64,000 nt of DNA. It comes from Chrysomallon squamiferum. Its lineage: Eukaryota > Animalia > Mollusca. The stretch is from the NCBI GenBank assembly GCA_012295275.1, contig CM022669.1, forward strand, positions 16,430,001-16,494,000, in the 5' to 3' direction. Under the pieces are notes generated by a model that did not search any database, was not told the origin of the DNA, and saw only the letters and a program-made list of their open reading frames with translations. Numbering within the stretch: the stretch's first letter is position 1; every line of letters starts with the position of its first letter. A program made the position numbers and the translations under genes. Shown piece after piece: positions 28,006 through 41,163 of this stretch.

Positions 28006-28219
28006 TTTACGTGTTCGTGTGTGCATAGTTTATTGATTTAGTCAATGATTTGTCAACATTAGCTAAACATAGATATGTATTATCGGGTATTAGAAAGAAA
28101 TCTGTTGACGCCATTAAAAACAAATGATCTGTCATATTTGCTGTGCTGTAAAAAGGAATCCACATAATCGTTAGCCTTTGAAATACTTGAAACCTATACT
28201 GAAACATTATGTATCTCTT

Positions 28220-28255
<36 letters not shown>

Positions 28256-29209
28256 TACATACACATATACACAGAAATATACGGTTAAAGACCATGCAAA
28301 CATATATATTTTTTTCTATTCATTTCTGTTACAGTTTAAGAATCTTTTGGGGCTGTAAGTGTTTATGATTTCGGATTTTGGAATAAAAAGAAGATAGCCT
28401 GGAAATATGATCTATGTCTAAATACAGATTCCGTATATTTTGTGCATAAAATAAAGTTATTGTAAGTAAAACAATCAGAAATCTGTAAGATATAACTAGT
28501 TCGAGATATCGAGATTTCCGATTAGAGATCTTCAGTTGTATTCAGTAAAAATTAAACCAATTTCGTCTGCTCTGATGTAAGCGGCTGTCTGCTTAGATCA
28601 TAAATAAAGCATTTTATTATTATCATTTATATATAAATATTTGTTTTAATGACTCTTTCGACTGATATACTTTTCATAATGAACATTTATTATCATGTAT
28701 ATTCTTATTATTTCTTTTACTTTTTTCATCTAATAAATATGATGACCTCTATCAATTCAGCGGATCATAGTTCACAGATGTCTTTCGCAATCTATCTGAA
28801 ATAATGACTTCAGCAAATATTGTTACGTATTCGTAATTGGTATGAAGGCGTTTTTGTTGCCCTGAGTTGTCTTTGTGACGTAACAAAGATTACACCTCAC
28901 AGTAAGGCGACTGTCCGGTAGAAACCAGACGGCTTATAGAACTAAAATAGGACAGAGCTGTGATTATGTGGTTTTAGTATGATTGGCTCGAATTCCTATA
29001 AAATCACAGCAAAACTCGTTTTCGGTGACTGGCTTGAAACCCTCACAAGAAATTTATCAAAGGGCTGCTAACCTGTCGGTTGTATAAAACGTTTGTTGCT
29101 GTGCCCATCTATAAAAATTAATCATGGAATAGCGTCGGTGAATTTTGTTCCCCCCGTTTTATCATCGATACCGAAATAAGAACAAGAGCCATATGTGTTA
29201 ACACTGTAC

Positions 29210-29300
29210 AAATGTTAATACTGAAAGGGATTGAATGAAATGTTAATATCAGAATGCACTGAATGAAATGTTAATACTAAAATATAAGAAATGTTAAATG
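29210..29300 (+). repeat. ~27-28-bp degenerate tandem repeat
   Basis: aaatgttaata...tgaatg repeated 3-4 times. Confidence 0.7.
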
Positions 29301-31008
29301 TTGTAAATTTCTTCTTCTTCTTTACTTAAAATTATTTTGAAAAAAAAAAAAATTATTCATTTATTATTAATAATGAAAAAAGAAAACACAATTCATCGCA
29401 ACACGTGAAATATTTCTTTTATGTTAGCAATTACAGTCACAACAAAGAAAGACCAGAAACAAAAACAAACAAACAACAACTGACATTATAAAAAAATTAA
29501 CTAGTTCTCGAAACTGTAATAACAGTAAGAAGAAGAAGAAGAAGAAGAAAATGAAGAAAGAAGGACATGACGTTGAAAACAACTACAAAACAACACCGAC
29601 AACAACAATAACATAAATATTATTACTATTACTGTTGTTGTTGTTGTTGTTGTTGTTGTTGTCGTCGTCGTTGTTGTTATGGTTGTTGCTGTTAAAAACA
29701 AAAGAAGGTGAACAAAAGAATGAATAACTGAAGAGAAAACTGCGGAGTAATTTTCAGTCGTAAAACATTTACAGAATATGAAATCAGTAAACATTTATCT
29801 TCATACTTATTCATTAAACTGCACACTGTTAATAACAATAATTCCGTTCGATTCTGCCGTTGTAATGATTAAAAAAAACAGAACTGAAAAAGAATAAAGA
29901 AATTCATTAGCTGGTGATAATGATTAAAATGGAAAATAACAAAATAATTAAAAATTTTAATTCATCTTCTTCTTATTATTGTTTTCCAATGTTCACTGCA
30001 CGATCTGTTTGAACAAAGCACTCTTTCATTCTTTTACTGTTTTCTAAGACCACAAAACTGTGGCCCTAAGTAAGCTTAAGTCAAACAGTCTGAGGTTAAG
30101 ACATCTGAATGGCGACTTTTCTGTTGTTTACACCGTCTTCAGGGATCGATCTAGAATTTCAGAAAAGAGGTGAAAACACAGTTTAACAGAAAAAAATGTA
30201 TTTGAAGATGAAATGAGTTTCATAAGAAAGAACAAAAGAAAGAAACAAACAAACAAAAATAAATAAATAAATGAAAAATGAATAATAATAATAATAACAA
30301 CAATATCAATAATAACAACAACAACAACAATAATAATAATAACAATAATAAAAAGAAAAAATATAAAACAAAATAAGTAAATAAGTAAGTAAATATAATG
30401 TCGGATAAAAAAAAACGGGCGAAAAGTTCTCTTCTCTTCTCCCACCCCCACCCAGTCAGCGTCCCGTGTCTAACACTATAAACCTCACCCTGAAGTCAGT
30501 ATGCTCGATTGATAATCGTAGATTGGTAAAATGTTTTTTTAAATTATTATTTTTTTTAAAGATTACTGCTGGGTATGTGGATCTTTCTTAGAGCAGCCAT
30601 GAAATTGTCTTTACGTTTCAGTGTTTGCACACACTTAATGCACGGTTAAGGATATAAAGAAGGTCACGTGACTGTTGATCGAAATTACTTTTTTTTAATA
30701 CAAAGCTGACTTAATGATTGTATATTGGCTTGTTTTCCGATAAATTATGTTCTGATGGGAAAAAACATATAGTCAGATTCTGATGGACTATTAAAAATGA
30801 AATTCACTGCAGGTAAAATCAAGACTAATTGTGAATTGCTGGTTCCTGCGTACAGTTCTAGTTGTAATTACAAACAAGTACAATTAGCCAGAGTTCAGGT
30901 TGTGTGTGATGAATAATTTATATTTAAACTAATTACCTTTATATATATAAAGACGTTAACATTACATCGTTAATTGTGGAAGAATGAAAGAGCTACAATG
31001 AGAGAGAA

Positions 31009-31115
<107 letters not shown>

Positions 31116-32271
31116 TATGTTTTATAAATAAGAATTAATATCTTTGCATTTAACATAACCTTCTTCTTGCTCCAAATAAGCTAAAAAAAAAGTTTGTTTT
31201 TTTCCATAACATTTTATATTAACCATTATCTCTTGTCAAATATGAATTTATACGTAATAATAACATTTCAAACTGCACCCGCTGTAACTGCGCGAACAAT
31301 GCCATAAGGAATTTTTGCCTTAGCTTCTCCACAGAGAAAAAAAAAATCGTATACCGTAGCCTTTGATAAAGAAGTCACTGACTGGAACACAAATAGCAAA
31401 TGGACATGTAAGCAAATAACAATTGGAACCAGCTTTAGATCATAAAATGAAAGACTGGACATGGGAAATAATTTCTGGACGAGAGAGACCCATGATGTTT
31501 TGAGCTAACGCTAGAACCATTTAGCTTCTGTTCTCGCTTTCACACAGAAACAGATTGAAACAGAGAATGGCAGAGATGCACGCTTTATGTCTAACAGAAC
31601 GCTCTGTGGCACTTCTTTGGCATCAGTAACGGAAATTCAGTGACGTTATTGCTAAAGGACATCGAAAAATGCAATGAGGGATGCAGTTAGTATTAGATTC
31701 GATAACTACATGTGACACACATCAAAGATATTACACAGTCTCACTACATAGACTTGTAATGGCAGCTTGTCTCAGTGCAAACCTACATTAAGAACTGGAC
31801 ATATTTGAAAGTTACATTGTTGGTTCAGTCTAATGGGAGTCTTATAAATAAAGAAAAAATTATTAGTCCTCATTTAGATGAACCCTAAAGATAATGGTTA
31901 AAGAATAAAAAAAAAAAAATAATAAAAAATAATAAAAAATGGTATAAAGAAAGCAAGTATAAGAGAATTTTTAAAAATATATCTCTGTAAAGTAAATTAA
32001 AGTGAAAATGTCCTCTTCTAAAACGAAGCTGATTTGTTAGATTAGAACTCAGAACTGTATTCAACACGTTGAATCAGTAAAGGAACAAATGCATGATAAA
32101 AGTGTTTTAGGGAAAGATGCTATGAAATGTAATCAGTAGAAATAATATCTGAACTGTGTCTCTGTCTAAAAGATATTCTGAGATAGGTTATAATAAAAAA
32201 TATAATAAATATTATTTAAAAAAAATTAAAAATTAAAAAAAAACAATAATAAATAAAATAAAGTAAAGTAA

Positions 32272-32302
<31 letters not shown>

Positions 32303-33590
32303 ATACAAATTAGCTTATATTAGTAATCAGTTAATTGGTTCAGTTAAAATAATACCATTAACTTTCGACAAACCGAATATAATTCAATACCTAAAAAAAT
32401 AATTGTTTTGGATATATGTTAACAGTGAATGTCAATATTTGTGTGTACGCCATTCAACCAGGAAGATGTTTCTGGCTAAATTTAAAAAAAAAAAAAAATG
32501 TCAGTGAGCCACTTCATTAAACATTTAATGATACGAATTTACTGTGTGCGTTTTTTTTTTTTTTTTTTTGAAGATTTGCTCTTCTGATCAAGTTTCCAGC
32601 GTGAGAGAGTTGATTATCACATCTTTCTCTTCGTTAACCTGAGTGAATTTTCCATGGCGAAAATTTATGATTAATACAAATTATTTTATGATTTACTTCA
32701 CCGTTATCTTAGCACCAAATGGAGTTTGAAATGACGTATTGCTTTTGTAAAATACAAGCAAAAAACAAGCAAAAAAAAAAAAAAAAAAATTAATATTAAA
32801 TTAGGTTCATTCTGAATTATTAAACACTCACCATAACAAACCGAAACACTGAGATACCCGCGGAAAAAATAATTTAAATTTAAAATTAAAATATAATTAA
32901 AAATTATTTAAATTTAATAACTGAGCTTTTTCTAAAAATAAAATAACTTATTTCTTGACTTTTTTTACTTATCTGTGATTGCTTGGACATTTAAACATTT
33001 GCTTTCTTTGTTTATGCAATACAGTTAAGAAACAACAACAATTTCACCACAGAAATATTTTAATATATAATGGTAGCGAGAATTGTTTCTTCGTAATGCA
33101 GACAACAGGTATTTGAAATGCATGCTGGTTTTTTGTTTGCTTATGGCACACGAAAAGGTTGCTCGAGATGTTTAGAGGATGCAAGTACGTTTGAAATAGG
33201 ATGCAATAAACAGAAGGTTTCTAATTAGCGCAGTATCTGTTGAATGGTAATATTATGGTAATATTATGTAATGTTTTCTGTGTTGTATTGTCATGAGAAC
33301 TCAAGGTAGATTTTTTGCGTTTCTTGGGTAACTTCTAAGCGAAAGAAGATAGTGAAAGAAAGATAGCGAAAACCATCAAAACAAAGACAGACACACACAC
33401 ACACACACACACACAGAGAGAGATAGACAGTCACAGAGAAATAAAATATAATTAACACACACACACACACGCGCGCGCGCACAAACAAAAGAAAAAAAAA
33501 AACAATACAAAGTTTAAAACCATAACATAATGTAAGGTTCATAGAAAGTTAGTACCGCCCAGCGGCGATTAAGTCTCACCACGACCAAAC

Positions 33591-33620
33591 TGCGCATGCT
33601 CACTACACCAAAACGGAAGT
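33591..33620. promoter_or_regulatory. Candidate promoter/enhancer motif cluster (NRF1-like + ACTACA + ETS)
   Basis: tgcgcatgctca (one mismatch to NRF1 TGCGCATGCGCA), actaca and cggaagt within 30 bp in a CpG-containing island. Confidence 0.3.
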
Positions 33621-33881
33621 ACTCGTTGATTAACTTCAGACAAGAATTAACGGTGGGATTTATCAGCAATTTTATTTCTGTATTATTAGTAGTAGACCGC
33701 CGAAGGGTTTATTGTGAAGTTGTTATTAGAATAAAATCGTGAAAATGAAGAATATGTCTATTTTGAATGTAACAGGGTCCGTCAATCAACTGGACGTGCT
33801 TACAGTCTCCGAAGGTTCAAGCATGAACGATGAGGAGACATTGTCCTGAACGCTATACTTTTCTGTCGAGGCAACAAATAC

Positions 33882-33950
<69 letters not shown>

Positions 33951-34327
33951 TGACAGGAAAAAGAAGTTTGAGAAAATTAATGAGAGATATTTGGAAGACA
34001 TTAAGAAAGAGACAGAGACAGAGAGACAGAGCATTATAATGAGATAAAAAGATAGATTATAAGTATACTATAAATAAGTAAGTTTTACAAAACAGAATTA
34101 ATAATTGTACATGAAACTACAAATTGGTTTTGGCCTTGGTGTGTTGTGTGAAATGTAACAAACTAAAACTAGCAGTATTAAATAATTCACGTTATTTAAC
34201 AAACACACATCTGTTGCTTTAACACGCTGACTCACAAATAATTATATTTTCCAACTTCTCTAATTTTCTCTTTTAAATAATTTATCACTTATGTTGTCTA
34301 TTTTGGAAATCTGTTAGAAATAAAGAA

Positions 34328-34429
<102 letters not shown>

Positions 34430-35256
34430 CAATACGTTCTTCCGTTTGTTTAAGATCTGCAAAAATCTAATCATTTTCAATTTCCTGTTCTCTGAACGCT
34501 TCTACCTCAGAAGTGACATAATGGAGTCGACTTCCTCTCTAAGCGTTCTGGAGATGTTGTTTCGCGTTTCTTCATCACTAGCTCTTCATCCGCACATTAC
34601 CCGCATGAGGAATATATGACACAAACTCAGCAGCACTCTTAAAAGGACAAGATGTCGAGAGACAAAGTCCTATAAGTTATTATGTCAAATTCTTCTCAAA
34701 AAAAAAAAAAAAAAAAAATCAACGATATCTTGAGGCAGATATTTATTTTTATTTTTGGTCAGTGACTCATATTTTTTTTTTTTTTTGATTTATTTTTTTT
34801 TTTTTGAACATTTTTTTGTTCATTTATCAATTGTTCTGTAGGCTAAACAAAAACAAAAATGAATGAAAATCTAACCTAGAAGAAAAAAAAGCTGTTGGAC
34901 TTTAGAATGCTGAAAGGGGTTTGTTTTAACGAAAGATGTGTCCATTCGATTAGTAATTTATGACTCGACTCCTTTCAGCTCTGAAATGTCACGAATATAC
35001 GATTTTCTGTTCAGTATTAAGTGAAAAATGCGCCTATTCAAACAGGTTCAATTCAAGATGTGTTTTCTTAATCAATATTTACAAAGCGTTCGACAACTGG
35101 TGCCAAAAGATTATAAATATTTAAATTGTTGGTTTTTTTTTACAATTTTCTTCTTATTCATTTGCTCTTACGTTTGTTTTGTTTAGTTGTGTGAAATCTT
35201 AAAAAGAAGAATTTTGCTCGCTTTGTCGTGTTTCATTTTATTTTGAATTTTATTTC

Positions 35257-35287
<31 letters not shown>

Positions 35288-35676
35288 AATATATAAAAAC
35301 ATATCTGTATTTTTTTAATTTTTTATAAACATTCTTTTTCCTGCAGCATATTGCTTTCAGCAGTTATTAACACCCATAAGTTATTTAATTACAGCGTTAC
35401 TACACTGATTCAATCATTTTTAAATTTGTTTCTTTAAAAGCATGAAACCACACAGCATTATACTTTCTTTTTCTGAAAGAAGAAGAAGCCATGTATATGA
35501 ATACTTGTATACTTGTATCAGAAGAGTAGCAATGATTCGTTTCTTGTTTTAAACAGATATCGACTGCTTGAGAAATATACGGTGACATGCGTAACAGTCA
35601 GATAGATAGACAGACGGATAGAGAGATACAGATAGATAAAATATTACTTAGTGAGTTACGTAGATAAAGAGACACA

Positions 35677-35781
<105 letters not shown>

Positions 35782-36215
35782 AATTTTTAAAAAGAACCAT
35801 CCATCTAGGCATATTTTAAAAGATGATATTTATGAGAGAAAAAAAAATGAAGCCTCACTGGCTTCACTATATAGAAGAAAAATAATATATTTATGACGAT
35901 TTAAAAAAATAATAATAATAATTTAAAAAAAGTATAAATGCTTCAAATCTTTCATTACAGCAAACAACATATTCGAATTATTTCAATTCTTTTTTTTTAT
36001 TATTATTATTCTTTCGTATAAAATTCTGTATAATCTTTTAGCCGCAAGCGATTTTCTGTCAGGTTTTTTTGCATGAATCCACAAATAAGAACCCTTAATA
36101 CGTACCTGTGAGCTGATATTTGAGACGCATTTCATGACAGAAGTTAATACCAGTAAATTAAAACATCATTTTTACCTCATCCTTTCTTCCGGCGATCAAA
36201 TCAGAATAACCTAAA

Positions 36216-36256
<41 letters not shown>

Positions 36257-36390
36257 TGTGTGCTGGCAGGGATCATGGACAAATAAAAAATAAAATAATA
36301 ATTTTTAATATAAGCTAAAGTTTGAAAAAGAAGCAGAAAATGGATAAAAATCGGTCTTGTTGATTATAGTGATCGCAAAAGCATTGAACT

Positions 36391-36429
<39 letters not shown>

Positions 36430-38714
36430 GAGTGTGGAAAGAAATGATAATAGTTATTTTGACTCTTCTTTAATAGAAGTATTCATCTGATGTAAAAAAA
36501 AATAAAAATAAAAATAGTTTTTTAGATAAAAAGGTTGCAAAAAAAAAAAGAAGAAAAAGTTAAGATATTTTGGTGGTGAAAGAAGAAATAATAATAAAAT
36601 AAATTTAAACGTAACTAATATAGTAGCAGTTATCAAAAATAGTTTTAATAACAGCACAGTAATAGTAACAGAAAAAATAATAGCAATGTTAATAGTAACA
36701 GTAGCCTCAGCTGTAGTAGTAGTAGTAATGGTAATTAAGTATTAGCAGCAGCAGCAGTAATAGTGTAGTGATGGCTTTAGTCGTTGTGGTTGTCGTGGAG
36801 TATTAGTAGTAGTACTGATGATGAAAAACAAGAAAGAATTCTGACATAATTTATAAATAATTTAACAATTTCATCTTGTCCTTGGTCTGTCCGTATGAAT
36901 TAACTCATTAACTCCATTTCTGACATAGTTACATTTTAATCAACAGGATGCACACTTAGTGGTTAGGCTGACGTCATTCGTGAAGATTCTGTGATTGTAA
37001 TTGCCATTTAGAACGTAGAGATGGTCGCAAGAATACTTAAATTGTAATATCGATATCATTAAATCTGACTGTCGTGTTTTATTTAGATCAGACCCGTTGC
37101 AGACATGAACAGCCTTGTAATGGTGCCAATTTTATTGCCTGACCTTTACATACATGTAATAGTAACAAGGAATATGCACAAGCAATTAAATTATTTTGTC
37201 TGAGACAGCACACGCTTCGTGTAAAACGTATCTTTTAACTCGCCACCCTTATAATTATCTTTGCCACTGTTCAGACCGAAAGTGAGATTTAAATTCGATT
37301 GTCAAGGACTCTGAACCGATTGCTGGCCTCTGTTATTGCAGTTTCGCGTAAACACAATGTGGTCGAATAAACAACATACAATTTAGTAATTTTTCAACAT
37401 ACTGTTTCTAAAAAGAAATACCTGGAATTTGATCGTTGTTATTTGATAGTAAATAATTTAATGAAAATTAAGTTGGAATCCAGCACGTCAGCACGTCTTC
37501 AGCAAGAAAAGTCAGTGTGAGAATACTTTACATTTTTGAGTTATTAAATTATAATCTTACAAATAATCTTCGTTAAACAAATGTTTATTTAATCTATTAA
37601 TAACAGCCGATGCCAACACAAATTCAACGAGAGATGTTGAAGTCTGCGTGTTTGTGTCCTTGAGCACACTCTCTAACAGTTTCAGTCACTAGTATATTGT
37701 TTTGTACACTGTGGCCTATATTGTATTCAACCATACGCACCAACCTTTACTTCAGTAACTTGAGTAGTTTTGTTTATGTTTGTCTGTGTTGTTTTATCAA
37801 GAATATACTGACATTCACAAATAATTATAATGCTTTTCAATCGGCCTTTTGTTTTCTTACTTTAATAATTTATTTTCTTTGTTTCCTTTTTTTTTTTTTT
37901 TTTAACCTTTCTTTTGTTTATCCTTTTGTTCACTTATATTAAAGGATTTTATTATTCTTTATCCAAGATCAAAACAACAAATGTCTCTTTTCTTTTACAG
38001 AAACAAACAAAAAAATAAATGCATTTCTTTTCAGAACTGACAATCCAAAGCCCACTTTAGAGCGTCGACTACCTTTTAAGCATACAATAATTTATTTTTA
38101 TTTTTCTGAGCTAAAGAGATTACGCTTTGTTTAATTAATAACAATCTTTTTATCTTTCGTTCTGCATATTTGATTACAATTAGCCAAATCATTTTATTTA
38201 CGTTTACTCTTTATGAGAGCAGAATTATTCCAGAGGGGAATATTTCTGTCGACGCGTGTACACAGATTAAAGAAAACCATTTGTCAGTTGAAGATGAAAA
38301 CATAATAGCTCAAACGCTCATTCACACGGTAATAAAAATACAACAAACATTTTCAGGTAAGGGTATCAATGAAACAAATAAAAGACTGAAGCTTTTTTGG
38401 TCCACTTTCATTTGTCGTCTTTATTGCACGCTGGAAAATAAAACAGGGTTAAATGAGGGTGTTTGACAGAGAAACAGAAATACTCACCATTGTCAGATTG
38501 ACGGTTAATAAGTATCCGTAATTTGATTGTTTAAAATGTGTGTAGATGAACTGAGAAAAGAAACTTGACATATGGTTAGTGGATTAATGGATCATTATGA
38601 GAATACTCAAATAAAAGAAAATGTAAATACCATTAATAATGTTTGATACATATAACATGCTGTAAGACATTCATTGAGTGAAACATGATATATACACACA
38701 CACACACACACACA

Positions 38715-38820
38715 CAGTGGTACCTCGAGTTACGAGTGCTCCAACTTACGAGTTACGAGCAGGCGGACGAGCGATTTTTGTTTTAAGTTGCGAGCCGTAC
38801 CCCGAGTTACGAGCCAGCTT
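38715..38820 (+). mobile_element. Left-end fragment of the same Tigger/pogo family
   Basis: cagtggtacctcgagttacgagt...gatttttgttttaagttgcgagc...ccgagttacgagccagctt aligns to 11535-11608. Flanked by (CA)n and (AAT)n; no right TIR found. Confidence 0.85.
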
Positions 38821-38832
38821 ATTAATAATAAT

Positions 38833-38897
<65 letters not shown>

Positions 38898-39275
38898 TAA
38901 CAATAACAATAACAATAATCCAACATCTATTCTTGACGGTAGCAATGTTAAAAACAATTCCATATTGATTGTTTTTGACAGAATTTTGTTGCGTGACAAG
39001 TCGGCCATTGCGTATCTTTTTCTGTTTTTAATTTGATCCCTACCTGTCAGTTTTATTTCACGATATGCATAACGAATATTGACTGTTAGATCTATTCGTG
39101 TGGAAAAACATCAGAAACCGACACATAGATGTAAAAAAAAGAAAAAGAAAAGCGAGAATAATAAGAAGAAAAGACTGTTAAAAAATTTATAATCGGTAAT
39201 AGAGTTTGAAAACAACAGCGAGGGAGATAGAGAGCGAGAGACTGAGATAGATAGATAGATGAACGAGATAAGATA

Positions 39276-39379
<104 letters not shown>

Positions 39380-39709
39380 AGACGCATTAATTTCAAACTT
39401 TTTGCAGATAAGAAACTCCTAACGAAAACAGAAAAAAAAAAAAAAAAAACTCTTCAAAAAACAATAATGCTGATCTGTCGCATGATTTATTAATGTGTTA
39501 CCTTTATATTTATAACACTATTTAAGTAGTTTGTTTCCATTTTCGTATAATAAAAGAAGGACATTAACCTGCCTGATATTTTTCTAACTGGATATAAAGA
39601 AAACAATACGACACCTGTATTTTTGTGTTAGAAACACTGAACTGTCACAATTTGTTTTCGTTTTATATTTTTAAATTCTTGGATACTTCCTTTTTCCTTT
39701 TTTCTTTTA

Positions 39710-39758
<49 letters not shown>

Positions 39759-40671
39759 TTACCGTCGGCTGTAGTTTTACGTAAAGAAGTGAATCGATTA
39801 TTGTGTTTTCAGATGATTTTGTTTATTTATTTATTAAAATATGACTAGCGGGCAAATTACTTAACACGAGATTATAATACAAATTTTGATTGTAAAGAAT
39901 GTGAAATGAGTTAATTATCATTTAGAACAGAATACGTTTAATCAGAATTATAACGAAGAAGAAGAAGAAGAAGAAGAAGAAGAAGAAGAAGAAGAAGAAA
40001 AGAAAAAGAGGATGATGATGAACAAAAAAACTAAAAATATAAAACGAAGAAAAACATGAAATTTTTAAATTACGAAAATTGCAGGCTATTTACTAGGTCC
40101 CCAAAGAACATGTTTTCGACAACGTTGGATGAATTGAGTTAATTTGACACTGAGTTATTTTGAAAACAAACTTGACGTTTTCAAACGTATTCATTAATCC
40201 AGCCTTTCAGTATACAGTGGTATTTAAAAACACAGCTTCCGTATAAACGAAGGTTTGATTGACTCTCGGATGAACGACGTAGATTTGTTTTGGGTTTATG
40301 CTTTCATTTTATTATATCTATTTCAGAAAAAAAGTGGCAGTCCTCTCATGCACTGCACTGAAAGACCCGAGTTTTAATTTTTAACAATTTACTGGTCTCT
40401 TATTTTGGTGAGACAAAAACTCTCCAGCAGTGATTGACATCCAGAAGCGAACGTTATTTTACTCCGAGGATTTGTCACTTATTCATTCACTCGTTATTAG
40501 GCCTTGGGATCAGTAGAAACATGCATATAACGATGTTTTATAAAGAGAACAAAAAAAAAATCCTGAACGCCTCAAGGTTTCGTTAACATTACACTTACTA
40601 ACTTACGAGAACGTCTTCGCATTTCGATAGGCTTTCAAAATGACGAGCTGATGTCACATATTTGTGAAGAA

Positions 40672-40966
40672 GTTGATGGGAGAATATGGAGTAAATGGAT
40701 GGGGGTATATGGAGTAAAATAAACTTGACAGGGAATATGGAGTCAATAAACTGGATGGGGAATAATGAGTCAATAAATTTCATGGGGAATATGGAGTCAA
40801 TAAATTGGATGGGGAATATGGATTAAAAAATTGATGGGGAATATGGAGTAAATAAACTTGATGGGGAATATTGAGTAATTAAACTTGATGGGGAATATGG
40901 ATTAAATAAACTTTATGGGGAATATTGAGTAATTAAACTTGATGGGGAATATGGAATAAAATAAAC
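40672..40966 (+). repeat. 27-bp minisatellite (~11 units)
   Basis: Consensus gatggggaatatggagtaaataaactt. Period 27 at 40833/40860/40887. Confidence 0.92.
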
Positions 40967-41128
40967 AGAATTATGATGACTAAAACTGACTATGGGATGT
41001 AGAAATAAAGTGTGGATGGAGAAGTTTGTAGATTTTTCAAATTCGATACAGGAATAAATATTAAAATATGAATAAATGCTAAAACACAATAATAAATACT
41101 CTACTACAACAAAGAATACTGTAACACA

Positions 41129-41163
<35 letters not shown>

